The notes under the pieces are model-generated. The model saw only the letters and a program-made list of their open reading frames with translations. It was not told the origin of the DNA and ran no database searches. From positions 1-40,188 of the forward strand of contig JBGUNL010000070.1 in NCBI GenBank assembly GCA_045117295.1: DNA of 40,188 nt. Direction: 5' to 3'. A program made the position numbers and the translations under genes. Source of the DNA: Candidatus Limivicinus sp. (GTDB taxonomy: Bacteria; Bacillota; Clostridia; Oscillospirales; Oscillospiraceae). This document shows positions 26,713-36,483 of the stretch, one piece after another (the first letter of the stretch is position 1; every line of letters starts with the position of its first letter).

Positions 26713-27645
26713 TCAGGCGAGCTTTTCGTTGAGCCAGTTGAGAATATCCTGATAGACGTCAGCCTTGTTGATTTCGTTGAGCATCTCATGCCGTCCACCG
26801 GGATAGAGGCGGATCATGACGTCCTTCAAACCCGCCTTGCAGAAAGCGTTGTAAGCCCGGTTGACGCCCTTGCCGTTTTCACCCACGGGATCAGCCTCGC
26901 CGGACATGAAGTAGACAGGCTTGTCCTTGTTCATCTTGTCGATGTTTTTCTGGTCGGTGATGAACTTTACGCCGCCCATCATATCCCGGAACAGGCTGAC
27001 CGTTGCCACAAAGCCGCAGAGGGGATCGGCGATGTATTTGTCCACAACGGCGGGATCGCGGCTGAGCCAGTCAAAGGCGGTGCGAACAGAGTCAAAGCCC
27101 TTGTTGTAGGCACCGAAGGCGATGTCGTTGAGCTTGGTGCCGATGGCATGGGGCCCCTCTTTCTTGACAAACATCTTGGCCATGGTGTAGCCGCCGAAAA
27201 CCATGAGAGGGGACTGATGGCCGGTGCCGCTGATGATGGCGGCGTCATATTTGTCGGGGTGCCGGATAAGGTAGGTCCTGGCCAGGAAGCTGCCCATGCT
27301 GTGGCCAAAGATCACGTAGGGGAGTTCCGGGTATTCCTCATGCATCATGTCACGCAGCTTGTCGATATCCTGAATCACATAATCCCAGCCGTTTTCCTCG
27401 GCAAAGAAGCCCTGCTCCGAAGGGGCGGCAATGGTCTTGCCGTGGCCCAGATGGTCGTCGCCCACGGCGACAAAGCCGTTGTCGGCCAGAAAAGCCATGA
27501 AATCGCGGTAACGGTCGATATACTCGGCAATGCCGTGCTCGATCTGGACGACGCCCCGCGGCGCGCCGTCGGGCAGGCATTTCAGGCAGTGAATGGTGTT
27601 TTTTCCGGTGCTTGAGGGGAAAGTGAATTCCTGAAAAACAGACAT
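26713..27645 (-). CDS. alpha/beta hydrolase (lysophospholipase / monoacylglycerol lipase-like)
   Basis: 310 aa from ATG 27645 (SD AGGAGG 7 nt upstream). Nucleophile elbow GHSMGS, HG oxyanion region, C-terminal GGRHE. Confidence 0.85.
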   Translation of the reverse strand: MSVFQEFTFPSSTGKNTIHCLKCLPDGAPRGVVQIEHGIAEYIDRYRDFMAFLADNGFVAVGDDHLGHGKTIAAPSEQGFFAEENGWDYVIQDIDKLRDMMHEEYPELPYVIFGHSMGSFLARTYLIRHPDKYDAAIISGTGHQSPLMVFGGYTMAKMFVKKEGPHAIGTKLNDIAFGAYNKGFDSVRTAFDWLSRDPAVVDKYIADPLCGFVATVSLFRDMMGGVKFITDQKNIDKMNKDKPVYFMSGEADPVGENGKGVNRAYNAFCKAGLKDVMIRLYPGGRHEMLNEINKADVYQDILNWLNEKLA

Positions 27646-27680
27646 TTGAATTCCTCCTGTCACTGAACGTGGAGTCTCTT

Positions 27681-27712
27681 TTTATAAAAGGCCGCACCGA
27701 AATGGTGCGGCC
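27681..27712 (-). terminator. intrinsic terminator after ackA
   Basis: On the minus strand: ggccgcacc-atttc-ggtgcggcc followed by TTTTATAAA. It starts 18 nt downstream of the ackA stop. Confidence 0.7.
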
Positions 27713-27729
27713 CTGTTTGTTTGTGCTGC

Positions 27730-28926
27730 TTAGCCGACGATCGCCTTGGTGTCTCTGGCGATGACAAGCTCCTCGTTGGTGGGAATCACGAAGACCTTGA
27801 CCTTGGAGTCGGGCGTGGAGATCATGATATCCTCGCCGCGCTTGGAGTTGGCAGCCTCGTCGATGGTGACGCCGAGATAGCCAAAGTACTTGGCAATGGC
27901 GGCGCGGGAGGACTTGGAATTTTCGCCCACGCCGGCGGTGAAGACGATGGCGTCCACGCCGTTCATGGCGGCGACGTAAGAGCCGACGACCTTGGCCACC
28001 CAGTAGTGGAACATATCCAGCGCCAGCTGCGCGCGGTCATTCCCCTGGGAAGCGGCGGCGTCCAGATCGCGGAAGTCGGAAGAGACGCCGGAGACGCCCA
28101 GAACACCGGACTTCTTGTTGAGGATGTTCAGCATCTCGTTGATGTCGATGCCGTACTTGTTCATGATGAACTGGATGACGCCCGCGTCCAGATCGCCGCA
28201 GCGGGTGCCCATGGGGAGGCCCACCAGAGGCGTAAAGCCCATGGAGGTGTCCACGCACTTGCCGCCGTCAATGGCCGCGATGGAAGAGCCGTTGCCCATG
28301 TGGCAGGAGATGATCTTCAGCTCTTCGATGGGCTTGCCCATCAGCTCGGCGCAGCGGGAGGAGACGTAGCGGTGAGAGGTGCCATGGAAGCCGTAGCGGC
28401 GGATGCCGTCGTTCTTATAGTACTCATAGGGAACGGCGTACATGAAGGCCTTGCCGGGCATGGTCTGATGGAAGGCGGTGTCGAACACGGCGACCATGGG
28501 GACGTCGCCCATGACGGCCTTGCAGGCGTTGATGCCGGTGATGTTGGCGGGGTTGTGCAGAGGGGCGAAGGGAGTGCACTCCTCAAGCGCGGCCATGACC
28601 GCGTCGTCGATCTTGACGGAGCAGGCGAACTTCTCACCGCCGTGCACCACGCGGTGACCGACAGCGTCGATCTCCTTCATGGAGGCGACCACACCGTACT
28701 CGGCGCTGGTGAGCTTTTCAATGACCGCCGCGATGGCTTCGGAGTGGGTGGGCATGGGGACATCTTCATCGAAGACAGGCTTGCCGCCGACCAGAGGGCT
28801 GTGCTTCAGGTGGCCGTCGATTCCGATTCTTTCGCAGAGGCCTTTCGCCATGAGCTTCTCGTTGTCCATATCGATCAGCTGATACTTGAGAGAGGAGCTG
28901 CCGGCATTGATCACTAAAATTTTCAT
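27730..28926 (-). CDS. ackA: acetate kinase
   Basis: 398 aa. Motifs [42 protein letters not shown] and [11 protein letters not shown]. Confidence 0.97.
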   Translation of the reverse strand: MKILVINAGSSSLKYQLIDMDNEKLMAKGLCERIGIDGHLKHSPLVGGKPVFDEDVPMPTHSEAIAAVIEKLTSAEYGVVASMKEIDAVGHRVVHGGEKFACSVKIDDAVMAALEECTPFAPLHNPANITGINACKAVMGDVPMVAVFDTAFHQTMPGKAFMYAVPYEYYKNDGIRRYGFHGTSHRYVSSRCAELMGKPIEELKIISCHMGNGSSIAAIDGGKCVDTSMGFTPLVGLPMGTRCGDLDAGVIQFIMNKYGIDINEMLNILNKKSGVLGVSGVSSDFRDLDAAASQGNDRAQLALDMFHYWVAKVVGSYVAAMNGVDAIVFTAGVGENSKSSRAAIAKYFGYLGVTIDEAANSKRGEDIMISTPDSKVKVFVIPTNEELVIARDTKAIVG

Positions 28927-28943
28927 CTTTTTTTCCCTTTCTA

Positions 28944-28972
28944 TTGTAAATGTGAAATGCTTTCTATAAAAT
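28944..28972 (+). promoter_or_regulatory. sigma-A-type promoter candidate for tmcAL
   Basis: TTGTAA (28944-28949), 17-nt spacer, TAAAAT (28967-28972), in the AT-rich divergent ackA/tmcAL intergenic region. Confidence 0.35.
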
Positions 28973-29036
28973 AAAGCTGTTAATATTCTAATACAAAACC
29001 AGGAAAAAGCAAGGACTTTTTAGGCGGGTGATCTGT

Positions 29037-30230
29037 TTGCGTGCTCTCGGCATCGTCTGTGAATACAATCCCTTTCATTTCGGCCATCTGTATCAGATGG
29101 AGGAAAGCCGCAGAATCGCGGGAGACGCGGCAGTTATATGCGTCATGTCCGGCGATTATATGCAGCGGGGCGAGACGGCGCTGCTGGATAAATTCGCCCG
29201 GGCGGAGGCGGCCTGCCGCTGCGGCGCGGATCTGGTGGTGGAGCTCCCGCTGCCTTGGTGTCTCAGCTCGGCGGAGGGTTTCGCGTCCGGCGCTGTCTCG
29301 ATCTTGTCTGCCTTGGGATGCAGCCGGCTCAGCTTCGGGAGCGAAACGGGGGAGCTTGCCGATCTGCGGCAGGCCGCGGCGCTGCTGCTGGATGTGGAGA
29401 CAGACGCGGCCATACGGGAACTGCTGAAAGCGGAACCCACCCTCGCTTACGCAAAGGCCAGAGAGACGGTTCTGGAGCGGCATCTGGGTGAGAAGGCGGA
29501 GCTTCTGCGGCTGCCCAACAACATTCTCGCGCTGGAGTATCTGAAGGTCATAGCCCGGGATCATCCGGACCTGCTTCCCATCGCGGTGCTGAGGCAGGGC
29601 GGAGGCCATGACAACCTCGGTGAGCAGGATGTCCCCTCAGCCAAAAAAATACGGAAGCTGTATCGGGCAGGGAAGTGCATCGAGAACTATCTGCCTCCGG
29701 AGAGCGCCGCGATCCTTCACAGGGAAGAAAAGGCCGGACGAGTTTCAAGCCCTGCAAGTATGGAGGGCCTGCTGCGCTCCAGACTGGTTCAGCTCAAGGC
29801 TGAGGATTTTGAGGAGCTTCCCGATGCGAAGGATGGCGCGGGCCGCCGACTGTACAAGACGCTTCGGCAGGGCAAGTCCCTGCATGAAACAGTGGAGCTG
29901 GCCTCTTCCAAGCGATATGCCAAAGCGCGGATGCGCCGGATGCTGCTCTGCGCCGCGCTTGGGCTTCAGGCGGAGGATCAGCAGGGGAGGCCGCCATACG
30001 TGAGGCTGCTGGCCTGCAATGAAAAGGGCCGCGCGTACCTGGCCGAAAGAAAGGATGCTTTTGGCCTCCCGCTTCTGACAAAGCCCTCCGCCGTCAGGAA
30101 GCTGGGAGAGGCAGCACAGCGGGTGTTTGCGCTTGGCTCTTCTGCACATGATCTCTTTATGCTGCAATATGTGCCCTGCGGCGACATTCCTCTGGGAGAG
30201 GACTGGAAAAAAGGACCGGTTATTGTGTAA
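29037..30230 (+). CDS. tmcAL: tRNA(Met) cytidine acetate ligase (YlbM/UPF0348 nucleotidyltransferase family)
   Basis: The N-terminus (M)RALGIVCEYNPFHFGHLY mirrors B. subtilis YlbM (MKAVGLVVEYNPFHNGHLY). Further matches are MSGDYMQRGE, NNILALEY and YVRLL. I prefer start TTG 29037 (the SD-like GGCGGGTGA ends 5 nt upstream). GTG 29028 is the track start. Confidence 0.85.
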   Translation: MRALGIVCEYNPFHFGHLYQMEESRRIAGDAAVICVMSGDYMQRGETALLDKFARAEAACRCGADLVVELPLPWCLSSAEGFASGAVSILSALGCSRLSFGSETGELADLRQAAALLLDVETDAAIRELLKAEPTLAYAKARETVLERHLGEKAELLRLPNNILALEYLKVIARDHPDLLPIAVLRQGGGHDNLGEQDVPSAKKIRKLYRAGKCIENYLPPESAAILHREEKAGRVSSPASMEGLLRSRLVQLKAEDFEELPDAKDGAGRRLYKTLRQGKSLHETVELASSKRYAKARMRRMLLCAALGLQAEDQQGRPPYVRLLACNEKGRAYLAERKDAFGLPLLTKPSAVRKLGEAAQRVFALGSSAHDLFMLQYVPCGDIPLGEDWKKGPVIV

Positions 30231-30280
30231 TTTGACGAATTGAAGTCGCATTGCCCCAATGAATTTGTTTGAATAGCACC

Positions 30281-30309
30281 TTGCATTTTTTTCATAATTC
30301 GTTCATAAT
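30281..30309 (+). promoter_or_regulatory. sigma-A-type promoter candidate for the liv operon
   Basis: TTGCAT (30281-30286), 17-nt spacer, CATAAT (30304-30309). A tandem TTCATAAT direct repeat spans the -10. Confidence 0.5.
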
Positions 30310-30385
30310 CTTACCATCGTTATCAAATACACTTGTCCGTCATAGAAGGACAGGATGCGATGACAAATTTTGAGGAGGAACAAAA

Positions 30386-31561
30386 ATGAAGAAAATTCTT
30401 GCACTGCTCCTGGTTGTTGTGATGGTATTTGCGCTGGCCGCCTGCGGCAGTTCCGCCAAGCCGAGCGAGAGCAATACCGTCACCATCGGCGTTTACGAAC
30501 CGGCCTCCGGCGATAACGGCGCCGGCGGCAAGCAGGAGACTCTCGGTGTGCAGTACGCCAATTCTGTCCAGCCCACCGTTGAGATCGGCGGCAAAACCTA
30601 CAACGTGGTCGTGAAGTATGTGGACAATGAGTCCTCCAACGACAAGGCTCCCTCTGCGGCGGCTGAGCTTGTCAATGCGGGCTGCTCCATCGTTCTCGGC
30701 TCCTACGGCTCCGGCGTCTCCATCGCGGGCGGCCCCACCTTTGAGGCGGCCGGCATCCCCGCCGTGGGCATCACCTGCACCAACCCCCAGGTGACGGAGG
30801 GCAACGGCTACTACTTCCGCATCTGCTTCCTGGATCCCTTCCAGGGCACCGTTCTTGCCAACTACGCCTTCAATGAGCTGGGCGTGAACAAGGCCTACTG
30901 CCTCAACAAGCTGGGCGACGATTACTCCGGCGGCCTTGTCAAGTACTTCATCGACGCTTTCGAGGGCCTGGGCGGCGAGTGCGTCCATGAGGAGTTCCCC
31001 GACGGCAACTCTGACTTCACCTCTTATGTGGCCAACGCCAAGAATGCCGGCTGCGGCGTATTCTTCAGCCCCGTCTCCACCGAGGCTGCCCAGCTGATCA
31101 TCGACCAGGCTGTTGCGCAGGGCGCTTCCTTCCCGCTGCTGGCCGGCGATACCTGGGACTCCAACGTCATCCTCCAGGCTGCCAAGGGCAAGGACGTGCA
31201 GATCACTGTGACCACCTTCTATCCCGAAGGCGCTGACGCCAACTTTGATAACAGCATCAAGGCCTGGATCAACGGAGACTCCACCAACCTGGCCAACAAC
31301 GGCGGCGACGACACCGTCGCGGCTGTGACCGCCATGGGCTACGACGCCTACTTCTTCGCTCTGGCCGCCCTCCAGAAGGCCGGCTCCACGGATCCCGCCA
31401 AGGTGATGGAGGCGCTCTGGAGCACCGAGATCAACGGCGTGACCGGTCCCATCGCTCTGGACCAGACCAACGGCGACGCCATCCGCAACACGGCCTTCGT
31501 CAAGCAGGCTGACACCACCAACGGCACCTGGATCGCGCTGGATCCTGTCACGGTCGGCTGA
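30386..31561 (+). CDS. branched-chain amino acid ABC transporter substrate-binding lipoprotein (LivJ/LivK type)
   Basis: 391 aa. Lipobox LAACGS and a type-1 periplasmic-binding-protein fold pattern. It is followed by livHMGF-type genes. Confidence 0.9.
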   Translation: MKKILALLLVVVMVFALAACGSSAKPSESNTVTIGVYEPASGDNGAGGKQETLGVQYANSVQPTVEIGGKTYNVVVKYVDNESSNDKAPSAAAELVNAGCSIVLGSYGSGVSIAGGPTFEAAGIPAVGITCTNPQVTEGNGYYFRICFLDPFQGTVLANYAFNELGVNKAYCLNKLGDDYSGGLVKYFIDAFEGLGGECVHEEFPDGNSDFTSYVANAKNAGCGVFFSPVSTEAAQLIIDQAVAQGASFPLLAGDTWDSNVILQAAKGKDVQITVTTFYPEGADANFDNSIKAWINGDSTNLANNGGDDTVAAVTAMGYDAYFFALAALQKAGSTDPAKVMEALWSTEINGVTGPIALDQTNGDAIRNTAFVKQADTTNGTWIALDPVTVG

Positions 31562-31578
31562 TCCTAATTCCGAGACCT

Positions 31579-31610
31579 AAGCGGCGGGGGGTTCCCTCCG
31601 CCGCTTTTTT
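31579..31610 (+). terminator. intrinsic terminator after the substrate-binding protein gene (probable partial terminator within the operon)
   Basis: 10-bp stem gcggcggggg / ccctccgccgc (one G-U pair), loop gttc, TTTTTT tail. A second perfect 9-bp hairpin at 31611-31633 follows immediately. Confidence 0.75.
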
Positions 31611-31710
31611 GGGGGAAGATTCTGTCTTCCCCCGGTCCGTTTTCTCTGCGCCGCTTCTGCAGACGCAAGAAGGGGACACGTATAGAAATCCTCAACAGGG
31701 AGGGAAACTG

Positions 31711-32595
31711 ATGCAGTTTCTGCAAAACAGCCTGCCGTATCTTCTTGCCGGCATTTCGGTGGGCGGGCAGTATGCCCTGATCGCCATCGGCTACACGATG
31801 GTATACGGTATCCTGCGCCTGATCAACTTTGCCCACGGCGACGTTTTTATGGCCGCCGGTATGTTCATGGTTTTTCTTTCGGCGACGCTTCCGCTGGGCG
31901 TTGCTATTCCGCTGGTCCTTCTGATCACGGTGGTCCTGGGATTTTTGATCGAGCGTGTCGCGTATAAGCCGCTGCGCTCGGCCCCCAGAATGTCGGTCAT
32001 GATCTCCGCCATCGGCGTGAGCTATCTGATCCAGAACTGCGCCCTTTATTTCACCGGCGGCCTTGCCAAGGTTTATCCCCAGCTGCCCTGGCTGAGCGAC
32101 ACCGTGATGGTATTTGGTGCGGTCACCAAGCGCGTCACGCTCATTACCCCGGTGCTGACGCTGATTCTGGTTGTCTGCCTGACGCTGTTCATCCGGTACA
32201 CCAAAATCGGCATGGCCATGCGCGCGGTCTCCAAGGATTTTGAGACGGCGCGGCTCATGGGCATCAAGGTCAACTCCGTGATCTCCGCCACCTTCATCAT
32301 CGGCTCGCTTCTGGCCGCGGTGGGGAGCCTGCTTTACTTTACCAACTACGCCTCCGTGACGCCCACCTCCGGCGGCATGCCCGGCCTCAAGTGCTTTGTC
32401 GCGGCGGTTTTCGGCGGGATCGGATCGATCCCCGGCGCAGTGATCGGCGCCTTTATCATCGGCATTGCCGAAAACGTCATCAAGGGTCTGGGCTGGACGA
32501 CCTTCTCCGACGCCTTTACCTTTGCCCTGCTGATCGTGATCCTGCTTGTGAAGCCCACCGGCCTCTTCGGGGAAAAGGCCACGGACAAGGTGTGA
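31711..32595 (+). CDS. livH: branched-chain amino acid ABC transporter permease (LivH type)
   Basis: 294 aa from ATG 31711 (SD GGGAGGGA). Motifs GGQYALIAIGYTMVYGILRLINFAHGD. The track ORF's upstream extension covers the terminator hairpins. Confidence 0.9.
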   Translation: MQFLQNSLPYLLAGISVGGQYALIAIGYTMVYGILRLINFAHGDVFMAAGMFMVFLSATLPLGVAIPLVLLITVVLGFLIERVAYKPLRSAPRMSVMISAIGVSYLIQNCALYFTGGLAKVYPQLPWLSDTVMVFGAVTKRVTLITPVLTLILVVCLTLFIRYTKIGMAMRAVSKDFETARLMGIKVNSVISATFIIGSLLAAVGSLLYFTNYASVTPTSGGMPGLKCFVAAVFGGIGSIPGAVIGAFIIGIAENVIKGLGWTTFSDAFTFALLIVILLVKPTGLFGEKATDKV

Positions 32596-32605
32596 GGTGA
32601 CAGGT

Positions 32606-33748
32606 ATGGAATTGAGAACAAACAAAAAGAGAGACGGTCTCTATACCGCAATCGCGCTGGCCGCCATGTTCCTGCTCCTGCTGGTGATGGAGCTGACCAT
32701 GAAACCCACGTCCATCCTGTTCACGGTGCTGAAAAAGGGCGTCATCTACGCGTTGGTCGCGGTCTCAATGAACCTGCTCAACGGCTTTACCGGCCTGTTT
32801 TCCCTGGGCCAGGCGGGCTTTATGCTGATCGGCGCGTACACCTACGCCATTTTGACCATGCCTGTGGCCGTCAAAATGGGGGATTCAGTCTACAAATACT
32901 ATGACTGCGCCATCCATTTCGAGCTTGGCATCCTGCCCGCAATGCTTGCGGCGGGACTGGTTGCGGCGCTGCTGGCGGCGCTGATTGGTCTGCCGGTGCT
33001 CCGGCTGAAGAGCGACTACCTGGCCATCGCCACATTGGGCTTTGCGGAGATCCTGCGCGCCATTTTCCAGTGGGACGCCATGGGCCCCATCACCAACGGC
33101 GCAAACGTCCTGCGTCAGTACAAGGATTTGACCAAGGTCACGATCCCCTTTACCGGCATCAAATTTCCGCCTACGCTGTTTTGTTTTTTGGTCTGCGGCA
33201 TCTGCATCGCGATCATCGTGCTGCTGATCAACTCCTCTTATGGCCGGGCCTTCAAGGCTATCCGGGACGATGAGATCGCGGCGGAGGCCATGGGCATCAA
33301 CCTCTTTAAGCACAAGGAGATGAGCTTTGTCATCAGCTCCTTTTTCGCCGGTATCTCCGGCTCTCTGCTGGCCATGTTCCAGTACACGGTGCAGGCGGCG
33401 CAGTTCAAATCCGCCATGACCTATGAGATCCTGCTCATTGTAGTCATTGGCGGCATCGGCTCTGTGACCGGCTCCTGCATCGCGTCCTTCCTGTTCATCG
33501 CCTGCAATGAGTGGTGGCTGCGCTTCCTGGATGAATCCTCCAACAATATCCTGGGGCTGAACATCCTGCGCTCCGGCTTCCGCAAGGTGGTCTTCTCCAT
33601 CGTCATCATGATCATCGTGCTCTTCTTCTCCAAGGGCATCATGGGTGAGCGCGAATTCTCCTGGATCAGGATACGCGCGTTTTTCCGGGATCCCTTCGGT
33701 CTGAAGAAAAAGCGCGCTGCGGCAAAGGAGGTGCAGGTCAATGAGTGA
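32606..33748 (+). CDS. livM: branched-chain amino acid ABC transporter permease (LivM type)
   Basis: About 380 aa from ATG 32606 (SD GAGGTG 6 nt upstream). Motifs GxxSLGQAGFMLIGAY and IGLPVLRLKSDYLAIATLGFAEI. Confidence 0.9.
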   Translation: MELRTNKKRDGLYTAIALAAMFLLLLVMELTMKPTSILFTVLKKGVIYALVAVSMNLLNGFTGLFSLGQAGFMLIGAYTYAILTMPVAVKMGDSVYKYYDCAIHFELGILPAMLAAGLVAALLAALIGLPVLRLKSDYLAIATLGFAEILRAIFQWDAMGPITNGANVLRQYKDLTKVTIPFTGIKFPPTLFCFLVCGICIAIIVLLINSSYGRAFKAIRDDEIAAEAMGINLFKHKEMSFVISSFFAGISGSLLAMFQYTVQAAQFKSAMTYEILLIVVIGGIGSVTGSCIASFLFIACNEWWLRFLDESSNNILGLNILRSGFRKVVFSIVIMIIVLFFSKGIMGEREFSWIRIRAFFRDPFGLKKKRAAAKEVQVNE

Positions 33749-34589
33749 GTCTGTGCTTCGGATGGAAAACGTCACCATGCAGTTTGGCGGCGTGGTGGCG
33801 GTCAACAACCTCTCCCTGGAGGTCAACCGCGGGGAGATCGTGGCACTGATCGGCCCCAACGGCGCCGGAAAGACCACGGCCTTCAACTGCATCACCGGCG
33901 TGTATGAGCCCACCAACGGGCAGGTGTTCTTCCAGGACAAGCTGATCGTGTCCAATCATCCCAGCGGGAAAATGAAAAAGGCCTATCAGGGTATGAACTC
34001 GGAAAAGTACATGCAGGTCAAGCCCGTGGACCCGACGCCCGACCAGATCACCAAGCTGGGCATCGCCCGCACCTTCCAGAACATCCGCCTCTGGAAGAGC
34101 ATGACGGTTTTTGACAACGTGCTGACGGCCAAGCACATGCGCGCAAAGCACAATGTCTTTTCCGCCACCTTCCGGCTCAGCGCCGCGGAGGAAAAGCGCA
34201 TGCGCGAGGAAACCATAGCCCTGCTGGAGGAGCAGAATCTGGCGCAGTATAAGGACGATCCGGCAACCTCGCTGCCCTACGGTCTGCAGCGGCGGCTGGA
34301 GATCGCCCGGGCACTGGCGACCGATCCCAAGCTCCTGCTGCTGGACGAACCGGCGGCCGGCATGAATCCCCAGGAGACCGAGGAACTGGGACAATTTATC
34401 ATGCAGATCAAGACGAAGTACGACCTGACGATCTTCATGATTGAGCACCACATGGATCTGGTCATGAGGTTTTCGGACCGCATCTATGTCATCGATTTCG
34501 GCAGACTGATCGCCAAGGGCACGCCCGAGGAGATCCAGGCAAATCCGAAGGTCATTGAAGCGTACCTGGGGGTGGCAGAAGATGAATGA
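33741..34589 (+). CDS. livG: branched-chain amino acid ABC transporter ATP-binding protein (LivG type)
   Basis: 282 aa. Walker A GPNGAGKTT, signature LPYGLQRRLEIA, Walker B LLLLDEP. From memory of E. coli LivG it carries an extra roughly 25-30 aa between the Walker A region and the Q-loop (approx aa 70-100). Confidence 0.92.
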   Translation: MSESVLRMENVTMQFGGVVAVNNLSLEVNRGEIVALIGPNGAGKTTAFNCITGVYEPTNGQVFFQDKLIVSNHPSGKMKKAYQGMNSEKYMQVKPVDPTPDQITKLGIARTFQNIRLWKSMTVFDNVLTAKHMRAKHNVFSATFRLSAAEEKRMREETIALLEEQNLAQYKDDPATSLPYGLQRRLEIARALATDPKLLLLDEPAAGMNPQETEELGQFIMQIKTKYDLTIFMIEHHMDLVMRFSDRIYVIDFGRLIAKGTPEEIQANPKVIEAYLGVAEDE

Positions 34590-35292
34590 ACCGATCCTTT
34601 CCATTCGCAACCTGAAAGTCAATTACGGCGGCATTGAGGCCGTCAAGGGCATCTCCTTCGATGTGCAGGAGGGGAGCATCGTCACCCTGATCGGCGCAAA
34701 CGGCGCCGGCAAGAGCTCGACCCTGCGCAGCATTGTGGGCCTGGTGAAGCCCGCCGCGGGACAGATCGTGTTCCGCGGGGACGACATCACCAACTATGAC
34801 ACCAATGTGATCGTCAAAAAGGGGATCACCCTGGTGCCTGAGGGACGCCGCATCTTCCCGGATCTGACCGTGCTGGAAAATCTCCGGGTCGGCGCGTACC
34901 TGCGCTCGGACGATATCTCCGGGGATCTGGCCTGGGTTTTCGATCTCTTCCCGCGCCTCAAGGAGCGCTCCTGGCAGGCGGGCGGCACGCTCTCCGGCGG
35001 CGAGCAGCAGATGCTGGCCGTGGCGAGAGCGCTGATGGGAAAGCCGAAGCTCATCATGATGGATGAGCCCTCCCTGGGCCTTGCGCCGTTGATCGTCCGG
35101 GGCATCTTCGATATCATCCGGGAGATCAACCAGCAGGGCGTGACGGTGCTGCTGATTGAGCAGAACGCCAACATGGCGCTCAAGACCGCCGACTACGCCT
35201 ACGTACTGGAGACCGGCCGCATCGGCCTTTCCGGCACCGGCAAGGAGCTGCTGGCAAACGAGGCTGTGAAGAAGGCCTACCTCGGCAGCTGA
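34582..35292 (+). CDS. livF: branched-chain amino acid ABC transporter ATP-binding protein (LivF type)
   Basis: 236 aa from ATG 34582, overlapping the livG stop. Walker A GANGAGKSS, signature LSGGEQQMLAVA, Walker B LIMMDEP. Confidence 0.93.
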   Translation: MNEPILSIRNLKVNYGGIEAVKGISFDVQEGSIVTLIGANGAGKSSTLRSIVGLVKPAAGQIVFRGDDITNYDTNVIVKKGITLVPEGRRIFPDLTVLENLRVGAYLRSDDISGDLAWVFDLFPRLKERSWQAGGTLSGGEQQMLAVARALMGKPKLIMMDEPSLGLAPLIVRGIFDIIREINQQGVTVLLIEQNANMALKTADYAYVLETGRIGLSGTGKELLANEAVKKAYLGS

Positions 35293-35305
35293 AGTGAATC
35301 CATCC

Positions 35306-35335
35306 AAAAGGAGCCGCATTTGCGGCTCCTTTTTC
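35306..35335 (+). terminator. intrinsic terminator after livF
   Basis: Stem aaaaggagccgca / tgcggctcctttt followed by a T-run. It lies 14 nt after the livF stop. Confidence 0.8.
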
Positions 35336-35337
35336 GG

Positions 35338-35366
35338 TTTACTTTCCGATATAGCTGTGATAAAAT
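35338..35366 (+). promoter_or_regulatory. sigma-A-type promoter candidate for prfA
   Basis: TTTACT (35338-35343), 17-nt spacer, TGA-TAAAAT (extended -10, 35358-35366). Confidence 0.5.
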
Positions 35367-35412
35367 ATCTGCGCCCATTGAATGGGAGAGCAAAGAGGAG
35401 GGAGAAAAACCC

Positions 35413-36483
35413 ATGTTTGAACAGCTGAAGCCCCTGGAAAAGAAATATGAGCTGCTCTGCGCCCGCATGGAGGAGCCCTCCACCTATTCTGACCCAGCCG
35501 TCTACGCCAAATATGAGCGCGAGGCCCGGGAGTTGGAGCCCCTGATCACGGCTTACCGCGCCTATCAGAACGCGGGAAAAGCCATGGCGGAGGCGCTGGA
35601 GCTGATGAACGACGGCGAGATGAAGGAACTGGCGCAGGAGGAATACGCCGAATCCAAGGCCGAGCGCGAGCGCCTGGAGCAGGAGATCAAGATCCTGCTT
35701 CTCCCCAAGGACCCGAACGACGGAAAGAACGTCATCATGGAGATCCGCGGCGGCGTCGGGGGGGAAGAGGGGATGCTCTTTGCCGCCGATCTCTTCCGGA
35801 TGTACAGCATGTATGCCGAGTCCAAGGGCTGGAAAATCGAAGTGGCCAATATCAGCGAGACAGAGCTGGGCGGCATCAAGGAGGTCAGCTTTGTCGTCGA
35901 GGGGGCGGGGGCCTACTCCCGCCTCAAATACGAGGCCGGCGGCCATCGGGTGCAGCGCGTCCCGGTGACGGAATCCGGCGGAAGGATTCACACCTCGGCG
36001 GCGACGGTTGCGGTCCTGCCCGAGGTGGAGGAGGTCGACTTTCACCTGGACCCCGGCGATCTGAAAATCGACACATACCGCTCCTCCGGCGCCGGCGGCC
36101 AGCACGTCAACAAGACAGAGAGCGCCATCCGCATCACCCATCTGCCTACGGGCGTTGTGGTGGAATGCCAGGATGAGCGCAGCCAGTACAAGAACAAAGA
36201 CCGCGCCATGCAGATCCTGCGCGCCAAGCTCTATGAGGCTGAACAGGCCAAACAGCACGCGGCGCTGGCCAGTGAACGGCGCAGCCAGATCGGCTCCGGC
36301 GACCGGAGCGAGCGTGTGCGCACCTACAACTTCCCACAAAACCGCGTGACGGACCACCGCCTCAGCGGCGACGTGAAGAATTTCAACATTCAGACGATCA
36401 TGAACGGCGGCCTGGACGGGCTGATCGACTGCCTGATCACGGCTGATCAGGCGGCCAAGCTCCAGGCGCAGACGGAGGCGTGA
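35413..36483 (+). CDS. prfA: peptide chain release factor 1
   Basis: 356 aa from ATG 35413 (SD GAGGAGGGAG). GGQ motif SGAGGQHVNKTESA and RF1-type PxT tripeptide (PVT). No in-frame frameshift site of the kind seen in prfB. Confidence 0.96.
   Translation: MFEQLKPLEKKYELLCARMEEPSTYSDPAVYAKYEREARELEPLITAYRAYQNAGKAMAEALELMNDGEMKELAQEEYAESKAERERLEQEIKILLLPKDPNDGKNVIMEIRGGVGGEEGMLFAADLFRMYSMYAESKGWKIEVANISETELGGIKEVSFVVEGAGAYSRLKYEAGGHRVQRVPVTESGGRIHTSAATVAVLPEVEEVDFHLDPGDLKIDTYRSSGAGGQHVNKTESAIRITHLPTGVVVECQDERSQYKNKDRAMQILRAKLYEAEQAKQHAALASERRSQIGSGDRSERVRTYNFPQNRVTDHRLSGDVKNFNIQTIMNGGLDGLIDCLITADQAAKLQAQTEA

Noticed and set aside
28927-29027. A possible CcpA cre site in the divergent ackA/tmcAL promoter region (tgtaaatgtgaaatgctttc)
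   Set aside because: When aligned to the cre consensus WTGNAANCGNWNNCW, the central CG and several fixed positions do not match in any register I tried.
30231-30385. A possible T-box, CodY box or other riboswitch upstream of the liv operon
   Set aside because: After the predicted promoter, the leader is only about 70 nt, too short for a T-box. Only a half-match (AATTTTG) to the CodY consensus AATTTTCWGAAAATT is present. There is a weak 7-bp hairpin (30332-30338/30349-30355) and no terminator/antiterminator pair.
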